This document shows, one piece after another, positions 12,640-24,707 of a stretch of DNA of 64,000 nt. Source of the stretch: Euprymna scolopes. Its lineage: Eukaryota. The stretch is from assembly GCA_053919585.1 (NCBI GenBank), contig CM132786.1; one strand, given 5' to 3'. The notes under the pieces are model-generated. The model saw only the letters and a program-made list of their open reading frames with translations. It did not search any database and was not told the origin of the DNA. How positions within the stretch are numbered: position 1 is the first letter of the stretch; the number at the start of each line of letters is the position of its first letter. A program made the translations under genes and the position numbers.

Positions 12640-13082
12640 CCATTACCCATAATATAAATCTCATCTGTTTGTTTAAATGTATGTATGTATGTTTGTATGT
12701 CTGCCTAAAACTGTCGATAGAGGCGGCGGATTTTCACCAGATAGATATCGTTTAAAAGCTCGACCCTTCTGATGACAAATATCGAAAAATTGGCTAAACA
12801 CATTAATTTCTTCGCCCTCAACTGGACACTTTTCTACAAGGAGAATTCGCTTTTTTCGAAAGTCATCCCCTCTTTTCGATTGACGAGCCTTAATTTAAAC
12901 CATCGCCTATTCCGGTTTGGCAATGGACGTAACGGCAAAAACGTTACGGTTTTTTTTGGGGGGGCACGTTCTTTCTCTCCTTCGCGGTACGGGTTCAAGC
13001 CTGCCTGCCTACTTCCATTCTTTTTTTTTCCTTGCTCAACACACACATCCAACACCCGGGCAACGCCGGGAACCCAGGCTAG
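12640..13082 (+). mobile_element. Non-autonomous Helitron
   Basis: 3' hairpin CCCGG-GCAACG-CCGGG (13055-13070), then CTAG|T (13079-13083); the 5' part has ATAATATAAAT and a (GTAT)n tract typical of short Helitrons. The 5' boundary is approximate. Confidence 0.7.
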
Positions 13083-14299
13083 TTTATATCAAAAAGGAAA
13101 ACAGAACATATCACGAATTAGTCATATATAAATATGCAATACATAACATATCAGTAGAATATACAAAAATCAGCTTACATGAATTCGCTAAACGTTCATA
13201 AATATGTAAATATGATAATAATACATGGAGACGAGTGCACGGATTGAACACAAAAAATAGGCATATAGTACCGGAATATTGGGTCAATTTATATTTCTAA
13301 AATTTCAAAGTTATTAAAAAATGTTTAATAGATTTATGTGCCGAAACAGAATATTTATTGAAAGAAACATAGATTGCTACAAATATAGTTTTCTTTGGAG
13401 TTGCGTTTTACGGCATATCACTCCTTTTAAAGTTTAATAGCGACATTGGTCATTTTGGAAAAAATCTTTTAACTTCAGTTCATATATTTCCTTTTTTTAG
13501 AGTTTGTTTTGTTTTATTTATATTGTTTATTAAGCTTGTATTCACTTTTGTTTGAGTTTTAAGGTCAAAAGAAATAAAATAAAATTTATGGTTGGTGCAT
13601 TTAAGTTAGGAGGTCGATATCCTAAGACATTCTTATCTAATATCACCATAGTGAAAATATAAAGTAACACGTTTGAACACATACTGCATGCTATTAACTA
13701 GTAGACAATCATTGATAATATTGAGTGAAAAATGTTTGTTAGTGAAAAAGATTAATTAATTAAGTATAATAACAATCAGGAAAAAATAAAGAAAAAAGAA
13801 CCACATTTTAAGAAAAATACGATGAAGAAATATTAAAAATGCTTTTTTGTTAAAGAGACAACATAAAATTGTTCAAATATAAGGCGCGGTTATTTTTGCT
13901 GTAGTCTTTTCTACGACTAATCTATATATCTAAAAAATGTGAATAAGTGTGTGCAGACATTTCTCAACCTATATATTCAACGAATTATTTTGTTTAAAGA
14001 CTTGAATTTCAGTATAAAGGGTATTCACACGTGTGGATATCTTCTTAATCGGTTTTCATGCGGAAATACATGTCAAAAGGAGTCAAAATTGGAAAATATA
14101 TATGTCACTATATTGTACTCTTTTCTATAAGTTCTTCAATATCTTCTACACAAGTGACGTAAACTTGCCAAACTCAGTTATTTATATGATTAAACGGATA
14201 TTAAAATAATAATTTCAATATGAATAAAATATTAATTATATTATTATTATTTTATTTTTGTGCGTTTTTTATTGTATTTGTTTCATTTCTCTTACTTAA

Positions 14300-14560
14300 T
14301 CCATATATCTTTCTGTGACACATATTTCTCTCGATGTACATTTCTTTTAAATGTCATCTCTGTCTCATCCTCCATATTTATTGCTGTTTCTGCTTTCCTC
14401 GTTGTCTTTCTATTCATGTCTCTTTTACCCTCTAACTTTCTATAACTCACTTTCAGTAAAGTCTTCTACCATCTTAGATAAACCACCTCAAACTACCACC
14501 GTTTTCGATTTAGTCGACAATTTCATCTTCTATTCTCTCTAAATATGCCTGGTGTTGTTT
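14300..14560 (-). mobile_element. Degenerate RTE-like LINE 3' fragment
   Basis: The - strand reads IENGGSLRWF...KVRG.KR, resembling the RTE LRWFGHV...V.G.R.RGRP C-terminus; several stops. Confidence 0.35.
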
Positions 14561-15251
14561 TTACCATTTAGGATTCGTGTATCGTTTGCATTTGTCTGGA
14601 TCAGTTAACCATTCCACTTATCATCTTGAGAGGAATCGCAAATTCTATATGTTTCAACTCAAGTAGTTCGACGTCTTCAAAACACTGAAGCTCATTGCAA
14701 TGAGTCGACATTTTAAACAGATTTTGTGTGCTTAGCAGTATGGAAATAAACTGAACTATAGGAACAAATCATGAACCGTCGGAAGTAGGGAGTCGTAAAA
14801 CAATAGATAAACATCTTAAGTAGATCAACTATAGTTTTATACAGAATATATCAAATAATATGAATAAAAGATGGCTTAAGTTTCCAGAATTAAGCATTAT
14901 TATATATTATGATATAAGCACAGGAAACGCCATATAGTTTTCTTTATGTTTTGGGTTGCAATAGGAACAGCTGCTGGGTTCAAACGGCTTAGCATGCATT
15001 AACCGTTTTCCTTAACAACTACTTCTACCAGCATACCAAATCTTACACATTCCTGACGATGTTTGATGAAAGACAAAAAGCAACATAATCGCGAAATGCT
15101 TCGAAGTGACAAATATACCTATGGGACCGTTATTAATACCTTTGATTTATACGCAATAAAAAATAGCATCAGAAAAATTGAAAAAATAAAAAGCTCGTTG
15201 TTGTTTTTAACAATGTTTGTTTAAATAAAAAAAATGCTGCTTAAGAACACA

Positions 15252-15254
<3 letters not shown>

Positions 15255-15313
<59 letters not shown>

Positions 15314-15330
15314 GTGTGTGTGTGTATGTA
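15255..15330. repeat. (AT)n/(GT)n microsatellite
   Basis: Seen directly. Confidence 0.95.
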
Positions 15331-16221
15331 CAGAATACCATATACTACGCTTTACTCATATAATATTACCTAATGCGAAATCATAAGTATACATCGTTTA
15401 TAAGTGTTTTATATGTTTTACAAATGTTTCAATGAATACATATAAATTTTGATTATCATATTCTGTTGTTATTTATTTAATACCAGCGTAAATGCTTCTC
15501 AGTCATGCTGTTGCTCCACGTTTGTTATTTTTATTGTGTAGTAATAATAGTACGGCCAGGACCATGTTTCTATTCTATGTAAACATATTGGCCCATCTAT
15601 TGTTTATATAAATTAAATTTAAGTATAATACTTAAAGTCAATTACATATATCTGTATTTTATGCATTTTGTCGTGTTTATTTATTATGTATTACTTCCAG
15701 TATCTGATATATCATCTTTGATAGTTAATTTTAAATTATTATATATTATTTTACAAGGTTCAAATGTTGTATCGTTATTTCTTATTGTTAGAATTTCATC
15801 CATTATTAATCATTAATCATTAATGCTTTCCATATTATATTACATTTTATATTAAGTTGGCTTAATAGGCAATCGTAGCCCAGTATATGCGCTGCTTCTT
15901 TGAACTCCTGAATGCTTCACCGTTGATTGTGTTTTCAATTTCCTTCAATGAGTTACAGCCACACCTTATTTTTACATTATCTCTTAGTACTTAGTTATTA
16001 TTTTTTTCGTAGGTGAATTCACTTTCACAAAATATTTTAGGGAAATTCACTTTCTTTCCAATACAGTGCTGATAGAATATCGATCATATTCTTTGAATTG
16101 TTCCGATAATCCACACAAACTGTAAAGAAGTTTCTGGTTATGCCATTTAATTTTTAGTTCGTATTTCTGTACATGAAACCATGTTTACCTTACGTTTCTA
16201 AATTTTTGAGATAAGGATTGG

Positions 16222-16645
16222 TTATTATTCATCGGACTACTGTTCTCATCTTGAATGTAATTTTCACAACGTTTCGGTCGATATAACTTCCGACTCTCTT
16301 AAGGTGTATCTTGTCGAACTCGGGAATTTGGACGAAATTTATCGCGGATACCTTTATTTACTTCACGGGGGGTAGCGTGCTCTTGTTCCGTCAGCCATGA
16401 CTGGATAGAGGTCCTAAGTAATACGGAAATGTATATTTCGGTCGCCAACACTGAGGATTGAACCGTCAACCTTCAGGAGAATATCACTTTTACAATTGAT
16501 TTTTCCCAGTTCTCTAACCACTGAACCACGGGTCCTCGCGGACAACATTCCCAAGTTCGACAAGATACACCGGAAGAAGGTCGGAAGTTATATCGACCTG
16601 TGAAAATCACATTAAAGATGAGAACAGTAGTCCCATGAATAATAA
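16222..16645 (-). mobile_element. Short element with a tRNA-derived head and inverted Penelope-type hammerhead arms (candidate PLE-dependent SINE)
   Basis: ~100-bp inverted arms at 16222-16327 and 16547-16645; on the - strand, A-box-like TGGTTCAGTGG (16528-16518) and B-box GGTTCAATCC (16464-16455); the arm consensus contains CTGAAGA...GAAACGT. Confidence 0.7.
16265..16307 (-). ncRNA. Degenerate minimal type I hammerhead ribozyme
   Basis: The - strand reads CAC-CTTAAGA-GAGTCG gaagttatat CGACC-GAAACGT-T-GTG. The opposite arm has CAC-CGGAAGA-A-GGTCG...CGACC but lacks GAAACGT. The consensus of the two gives a canonical core. Confidence 0.6.
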
Positions 16646-16914
16646 TACACATGTTTACCTTATTGATTTTTTGCATACAACAACATTGTTTTCAACAATT
16701 AATTTACAAACACCTTTATTAAAGTTTGTTTATATCATTCACTATTTTATATTATTCTTCATCTTTTAACAAACAATATTTTTATCTAAAAGCAAACAAT
16801 ATTTTTTTCTAAAAATATATTAGACTCAAGTAGATTATTAACTCGTTACATGTTGACGCATTAATAAAATAGCCAGAACAATAATCATGACAAATAACAC
16901 CCTACCTGGGAATT

Positions 16915-17153
16915 ATCCATTCAAACTCCTCTGTCTTACATTCACGGGTAATATGAACTGGAATAAGTGCATTGAAGACATTGCAGAGGCTGCTGCAAAG
17001 ACGGTGGGTTCCTTTTATTGTTCTAAAAGATTAATCTTTACCTGAGAATATCCTCTACAACGCCACTATTCGCCCATGCATAGAGTATTGTTGCCCCATC
17101 TGGGCTGGTTCATCTACCACTAGTCTCTCCCTCTTGGATATGGTCCAAAAAAG
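16915..17153 (+). mobile_element. CR1-group LINE subfamily A internal fragment
   Basis: Aligns with 9295-9537 (FKLL.LTFTGNMNWN...IRPCIEYCCPIWAG). Confidence 0.8.
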
Positions 17154-17159
17154 TCAGTC

Positions 17160-17820
17160 ATCCAAGCAAGAGGACCGGATGTCGTAATAATTAACATGAA
17201 AACAAAGTCCTGCTAAATCTTAGATTTTCTGTCGCAGCTGGCTACAGGGTGAATATCAAAAAAAAATAAATAAAAAATAAGGAGAAATGGAGCTAACCAG
17301 AGAACTAAAACGGATATGGAAGATGAAGAAAATCAAGGTAATATTATAATAGTGGGGGCATTGTGAACAGTTCCGAAAAGCTTTGAAAAAAGAATGGGGG
17401 GAAACTGGAATCAGAGGAATGGTTGCAAATATACAACGAATAATAATAATGAAATATAAAGAAACCCCCTTGAATGCGGAGACTAATACTTATGATCCAC
17501 TGCTGCAGAGGCAAAACACGAAGAAGCCTTGCATAGAGTGGAAAGACTGAGGATAAGATCTGGACAAGTGCGAAGAGTACTAGGATGTTGGAGAGGCTTA
17601 TTGCCTTTGAAATTCCAGAGGAGACCAATGGGGGCTGTCAGCCAAAAATCAATGATAAACGGCTGTTAAGATAACGCAAATTCATTTGCAAATGTTATCG
17701 AAAGAGTTGAAGAGTACTGGAAATCTGGGGAGACTTGTTGTCACTCAGACTCCAGGGAACACAACAGGTTTTCTTCAAAAAGAGATCCTTGATGACCTGT
17801 GTGACAGCTCCTTATAACCT
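17160..17820 (+). mobile_element. R4/Dong-type LINE 3' end (restriction-like endonuclease region)
   Basis: Degenerate ARGPDVVIIN...ILDF...RELKRIWKMKK...IIVGAL, fitting the PD-(D/E)xK RLE of R4/Dong LINEs; ends in an (AAT)n tail. Confidence 0.75.
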
Positions 17821-17835
17821 AATAATCATAATAAA

Positions 17836-17898
<63 letters not shown>
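17820..17898. repeat. (AAT)n tract (LINE tail or insertion target)
   Basis: Seen directly; lies between two Dong-type pieces. Confidence 0.95.
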
Positions 17899-17899
17899 C

Positions 17900-20392
17900 G
17901 AACTGGATGAAACTTATGAAAGAAGAGATAGAGCAAATCTAAGAAAAAAACAGAAAGAAGAAAATCAGCAAGAACCCCGTCAAGAACACCTTACAAAAAA
18001 ATGGTGACCCTGAGAACACCAGGTTCTGACGAAATACATATGGATTTTTAAAAAACTCGCATTTTCAGATCAAAAATTTACATGAAAATGTAATTGAGAA
18101 CTTGAAAAGATTTATCCATGAAGCACGCGCGCCAAAATGAATAAGCTGGCGCAAAAACACCCTGAAAAGGAACTGTCCCAGCAACTACAGGCCTATAACA
18201 TGTTTACCGACAATGGGGAAAATATTTACAGCACCACGGATGAACAAACGTGGTTTTATTTTCATAATCACGGACTACTCTCCGAGGAACAAAAAAGAAG
18301 GCCAAAAAGGAAAAAGAGGCATAAATGACCATAAACAGACCAGAGGATTCTGAAGAAGGTAAAAGTAAGAAAACAAACTTAGCCAAGGCATGCATCAATT
18401 ACAAAAGAACGTATGACAGGATCCCGTATGCATGGATAATAGAATGCCTGAGACTGTACAAAATACCAGGCAAGATAATCAATTTGATAGAAAATACAAA
18501 GAATATATGGAGACTTGAACTAACAGCTAATGAATAATACACAACTGAGATAAAAAAAAAATACAAAGAAAATTATTCTATACCACCAGTACTGTTTATC
18601 ATCATCATGATGCCCCTTAACAATATAATAAGAAAATGCAAAACCGGATATTACAGATGATAAAAGGATGAACTGAAGCTGTTCGCAAAAACTAGAAATG
18701 TTTTCTCAATCATTAAATCATTTCTCTCCGATAGGCTCATAAGAGTAGTGGTAGATGGACAAAAATCGGAGGCCTGCAATATAAATTCTGGAGTCCCTCA
18801 GGGGTCAATCCTAGGCCCAACTCACTTCCTGATCTATATCAATGACCTCCCTAAACACATACTGAAATCATTCCTTGACATCTATGCTGATGACACGACC
18901 ATCTACGGCAACACATCAAAGGCTGTAAATGACAAATATCTCTCTGATTCTCTCTCCTCTGATCTCGAGCGCGTGGTTCAGTGGGGGAAGATGTGGCTGG
19001 TTACCTTTTATGCATCCAAAACCAAACTCCTATCCTTACATCATCAACGCTTTGATCCCCATCTGGCATCAATTGTGATGGATGGCTCTCGTCTGGGAGA
19101 GGCCCCGTGTTTTGACAAGCTTCTGGGTTTGACCTTTACTCCTGATCTGAAATGGAACACGTACATCAAGTCTGTTGCCAAGGTCGCTGGAAAAATGGTG
19201 GGATCCTTCTACCGCTCCAGAAGATACCTCACTACTGATGCACTTCTCTATCTATATAAAAGCCAAGTACGTCCAAGGATGGAATACTGTTGCCATATCT
19301 GGGCAGGAGCTGCACAAAACAGCCTATCCTGCCTTGACAGAGTACAAAATAGACTTCGTGGCTTAGTGGGGGATGCCCTTTTCTCTACCCTGCAACCTCT
19401 CTCCCACAGAAGAGACGTTGCGAGCCTATCCTTGTTTTATCGTTATTTCCATGGCAGGTGCTCGTCTTAACTCCAATCTCTGGTCCCCCCTCGCCAATCT
19501 TTCACGAAAAACACCGGTCTAGCCGAATCCACTGTGAAAAATTTCTCCCACTCTTTATCTGTGCCTAAATCAAAACGTGGATTCCATGAACAAAGCTTCT
19601 TTCTTAGAACTGCACGCCTGTGGAACTCTGTTTCGTCTGCCTGCTTCCCACCTGACTACAACTTAGATGTGTTCAAGTCCAACGTTAACAAATTCCTAAT
19701 GAACCGCCCCCTTAAGTAAACACTTCATCAAATCTCCACAGTAACGTAATGTACTTGCAATAACCCTTATCCCTGAGTTGCTTCCGGGCCTTGATAAGTG
19801 GTGATCACTGTGTAAAAAAAAAAATACGCTAATAAACACAATCAGAATTTTCAACCAGAATATCAGAAAATGGGACAACCGGAAGCAAGAGAAGTATGGT
19901 ACTACCCAACCTAACGGAGATGAAGACACTAGGTGAACATAATAGCTACAAATATTTAGAGGTTTTAGAAACAAATACTATCAAGGCAACATACATGAAA
20001 AAGGAAACATTATAAAAGAATATCTCAGAAAACTCCTCGAAACTAAACGATATAGTAGAAACCTAAAGGTATAAACGCATGGGCAGTGTCACTAGTCAGA
20101 TACTCTGGACCAGATATATTGAACCAAAGAATAACTGATGTATCTGGACCAGAAGACTAGGAAACGTATGACTGAGCACAATGCGCTAACACTAAAAACA
20201 TATTACTGACCGGTTGTGAAAGGAAAAGACATAAGACGAGAAGGGCTGATTTGTATAGAAAACTGTAAATGACACAAAGACAGAAAAATACATAATGCAG
20301 ACACCGAAAGAATAATTACTGCAGCAAAAGTCACTGAAAAAACAAACAAGACAGAAACAAAATAGATGAGAGTTTAGAAGGGAAAAGAAAAA
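17900..20392 (+). mobile_element. R4/Dong-type LINE RT region, degenerate, interrupted by a CR1 insertion
   Basis: NYRPITCLPTM, KTNLAKACINYKRTYDRIPYAWIIECL and DELKLFAK before 18695; LINTIRIF, SYKYLEVLE, GINAWAVSLVRYSG and DQKTRKRMT after 19825. Confidence 0.8.
18695..19824 (+). mobile_element. CR1-group LINE subfamily B, 5'-truncated, young
   Basis: ORF 18748-19470 with GVPQGSILGP, YADD and RPRMEYCCHIW; ORF 19534-19719; 3' UTR and A11 tail. Confidence 0.92.
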
Positions 20393-21731
20393 TATATACT
20401 ATGAGAATACCCGGAATTGATTGATGTGTTTGTAATGAAATAATCAGCACAGGCAATAGATCAAAGTTATTATTTAAGTAAGAGGCGACATAGTGGGTTA
20501 AAGTTATGAAAATTATTGTCGAAATTAGTAACATATCCAAGAATTATAAAAAATGATGAAATGTGAATAACTTTATTATTGTGTTGCAATGAAATAGTAA
20601 GCGCAGACAACATTTCAAAGTTATTATATTAGTAGGAGGGGGGAATAATGTAGGTTTTTAATTACAAAAAAATATTGTGAAAATCAGTAACATATCCAAG
20701 AATTATGAAAAATGATTAAATGTAAGTCAATTGATTGTTGTGTTTGTAATGAAATAATCAGCCCAGGAAATATATCAAAGTTATTATTTTAGTAAGAGAG
20801 GGCCATAAGGTGTGTTTAAATTATGAAAAATTATTGTCGAAATGAGTATCATATCCAAGAATTACGAAAAATGATGAAATGTAAGTTAATTAATAGATGT
20901 GTTTATAATAAAATAATCAGCCCAGCCAATACATCAAAGTTATTATTTTAGTAAGGGGTCGATGATGTCCGTTAAAATAATAAAAACGGATTGTCGGAAT
21001 TAGTAACATATCCAAGAATTATGAAAAATGATGAATTGTTACTTGATTGGTGGGTTTGTAATGAAATAATCAGCCCATGCATACTATCAAAGTTATTATT
21101 TTAGTACGGGTGGAAGCTATAAGGTGTGTTTAACTTTTAAAAAATGGTTGTCCAAATTAGTAACATATCCAAGAATTATGAAAAATGATGAAATGTGAGT
21201 TAATTGATTGGTGTGTTTGTAATGAAATAATCTGCCTAGACAGTATATCAAAGGTATTGTTTTAGTAAGGTGTGCGATATGGTAAGTTTAAATGATGAAA
21301 AAGTATTGTCGAATTATTGTACCACATCCAAGAATTATAAAAAATGATGAAATGTGTGTTAATTAATAGCTGTTTTTTTTTTTTTTGTGAAATAATCAGC
21401 CCATACAATATATCACATTTATTTTAATTTTAGCAAGGAGAGAAGCGATAATTGGGGCTACAATTATCATAAATTATTGTTGAACATAGTAACATATTAA
21501 GTAATTATGAAAAATGATGAAATATGAGTTAATTGACCGTAATGAAATAATCAGCCCAGGAAATATATCAAAGTTATTATTTTAGTAAAGGGGACGATAT
21601 AGTTTTAATAAGAGTGCTAGAATAATATGATTGTGCCTTCCTTCATGCTAAACTGAACGCCCACAGAATGCCCAGAAAAAATATATAACATATGAAAAAT
21701 GCCGCTGTGGAATATCCACAGGTCCCGCTAG
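20393..21731 (+). mobile_element. Non-autonomous Helitron-like element carrying an internal tandem array
   Basis: 3' hairpin CTGTGGA-ATA-TCCACAG (21705-21721) followed by CTAG|T (21728-21732); putative 5' end TATATACTATGAGAATACCCG, where the Dong homology stops. Confidence 0.65.
20417..21603. repeat. Tandem array, ~158-bp unit, ~7.5 diverged copies
   Basis: A CATATCCAAGAATTA-like anchor recurs at about 20532, 20691, 20850, 21007, 21164, 21323 and 21493. Confidence 0.92.
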
Positions 21732-22695
21732 TTATAATAATTGAAATATGCAAAAAATTAAATTACTGCTTTAATTGTATGTTAATATGTAATGTCTCAA
21801 GATGGCGTGACGTGGACGAACAGTGACGCAGCTTTTTTCCCCTGTGACTTTCGACGTCGGTTGGGTACTTGTTTTGCAATGGTTAACCAAAAAAGGGAAT
21901 AAAAAGAAACAAGAATTCGAACATATACTTTTAGTTTTTTTTTTTTTTATACTGTTTCCTTATTTCTCCTTCGGGTCAATTACAGTTCTGCCTTATGAAA
22001 ATAGTATAAAAACGTATTTTGAGGCAACAGATCTGCAAAAAATGTATTTTATGCAAGTCGAATCATCTTATCTGCCTTTCAGAGGATGTGACTTAAAATA
22101 AATAAATAAAAGTTATAACAATTGTGTGAGTGTGAATAAAAAAATATGCCAATATTACATTCAATAATCAAATTGTCACGTAGGAAATGGCCTGGATTCA
22201 GAACATGATATTTTTTAATCTAATGTTCGTTGTTTCCATAACTTTACTTCCAGTGAAAGTTCAGGCAACATTTGATTAGTAGCCAAATACTCTACTTTCT
22301 TCATAGCATCGATCTGTTAGCAATAAAGATTTACATATATTCTGTACTTACATTTCTTTTTTTGAATTTTCAATATTAATCCTTCAGCGAATACATCAAT
22401 AAAAAATATTTCGAATGCCAACATATGACAATTCTGTCCTTGTAGGTTATTCAATTCCAACGCATTTCAAATGGCCGTGTTGGAATGATTGTAAATCTAG
22501 AGCTTGTCAAATGGTGCTGAATATTTTTATTCAAATTTTTTCGGCCTTAATCAAATACAATCTAATGTAAATTACGTCATTTTATGTATCGGATTTCTTA
22601 TGAATCGATTGATTATAAATTTTTTTTTTATTAATACATTAATTTCAATATCGTCCGTTTCTTCGCTATGTCCTGACTTTAGTAGTCTCTGACCA

Positions 22696-23374
22696 TCCTG
22701 ATCTGAAATGGAACACATACATCATATCTGTTGCCAGGGACGCTGGGAAAATGGTGGGATCCTTCTACCGCTCCAGAAGATATCTCACTACTGATGCAAT
22801 TCTCTGTATAAAAGCCAAGTACGTCCAAGGATGGATTACTGCTGCCACATCTGGGCAGGAGCTGCTAAAAACAGCCTATCCTTCCTTGACAGAGTACAAA
22901 ATAGACTTCGTGGTTTAGTGGGGGGTGCCCTTTTCTCTTCCCAGCAACCTCTCTCCCACAGAAGAGACGTTGCGAGCCTGTCTTTGTTTTATCGTTATTT
23001 CCATGGCAGGTGCCCGTCTGAGCTCCAATCCCTCGTCCCCCCCCTCGCTAATCTTTCACAAAAAACACCCGTCTGGCTGAAACTACTGTCAATAATTTTC
23101 CCCACTCTTTATCTGTGCCTAAATCCAAACGTAGATTCCATGAACAAAGCTTATTTCTTAGAACTGCACGCTTGCCTGTTTCCCACCTGACTACATCTTG
23201 GACGTCAACATAAACAAACTCCTGACAAACCGCCCCCTTAAGTAAGACACTCTATCAAAACCCGCAATACTAATAATTACTACAATACTATCTCATTGAT
23301 TACTGTACACGCAATAACCCTTATCCCTGAGTTGCCTTCGGGCCTTGATAAGTGGTGACCGCCACGTAAAAAAA
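22696..23374 (+). mobile_element. CR1-group LINE subfamily B 3' fragment
   Basis: PDLKWNTYI...MDYCCHIWAGAA (ORF 22831-23190); 3' UTR GCCTTGATAAGTGG and an A-tail. Confidence 0.9.
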
Positions 23375-24117
23375 GAACATTGTGAAAATTACATTCAAGA
23401 TAACAATTGTTTCGGGAATAATGAAAAAATATGATAATGCCGGTTCAAAATAAATATCTCAACTTTTCACTAAAATTGCTAATACGAGTTGACACAATAC
23501 TTTGTAACAAAATATTAGTTTTTTATCATTTGTAAGTTTGCATGTGTGATCGATATGTAAATCAAATTAATACATAAATATAAGTATTGATACTGAAAAC
23601 AACATTTTGTGTTTTTAAAGGTTATGCGATTACATTTTTTAGAAACTAACCGTTTACTTATGTTTATTATAAGGTAGCAAAGAGACGCGACGTACAAAAT
23701 GTGAAAAATGGGAGTGAAAAATGATCAAGGAATGTTTCAGTCATGGAGCACTAAACAGTGTAAATGAACATGTGGTCGTTGTCGGGGAGAAAACGACGTG
23801 CTACCTTGCCACCAACAACTCTCAATCATAATTAATGTAAATATGGACAACTTGTTGTTATAGATTTTCTTGAGAGACATGGTCCCGTTTCAGGAGCACG
23901 TCGGAACAGATGAAAAGATGTGATTGACAGTATGTCGTTCTTCATCCATCACAATGTAAAATATGTTTATCCGTCTTTTTGTATATAAACTGTTTAGTAT
24001 GCCAACACGTACAGATAATCGTTAAACACAAATCAACATGATCAACATCAGATATATTGGAAGGTGTCAAACAACTTCAATCGACATATCTAAAAAATAC
24101 GCACACGTATGAATACA

Positions 24118-24118
<1 letters not shown>

Positions 24119-24190
<72 letters not shown>

Positions 24191-24501
24191 ATTGTCTTCT
24201 ATTTTGAAAAAGAGAGGTACCTTTCTCTCGAAATTAATCAAAGTTCCACACCACCCACGGACTTTACATACACCGGACATACCAGCAACTTGGTAATAAA
24301 TAATTATACATTGCAGTTAAGAATGATAGTCAAATAAAGGTTAGACACTCCTCTACTCAACCATACTCGTCTATATCTGTTTGTTTGTTTTTTACTTCAT
24401 CTTTTCCGGTCTTCCTCCGCATTGTTTTTGGCTTTAAAATATATATATATATATATATATTTCTTTACGAACAATGCTTCAAGCAAACTACTACCTACTC
24501 T

Positions 24502-24585
<84 letters not shown>

Positions 24586-24656
24586 GTAAACAGGAGTTTA
24601 GTAGAAAATTTTCAAATACACGATCTCATATATATTAAGCACGGACTGTGCGTAAA

Positions 24657-24707
<51 letters not shown>

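Noticed and set aside
15050-15085. Hammerhead-like CTGACGA-GTTT/AGAC (and CTGAGA...CGAAAC near 2316-2340)
   Set aside because: Incomplete cores without supporting stems; compatible with chance.
16440-16534. Functional tRNA gene
   Set aside because: A and B boxes are present but I cannot form an acceptor stem or cloverleaf; treated as a SINE head.
20417-21603. Repeat-spacer (CRISPR-like) reading of the 158-bp array
   Set aside because: The conserved part is about 130 bp and diverged, and the variable segments still resemble each other; better explained as a Helitron-borne tandem repeat.
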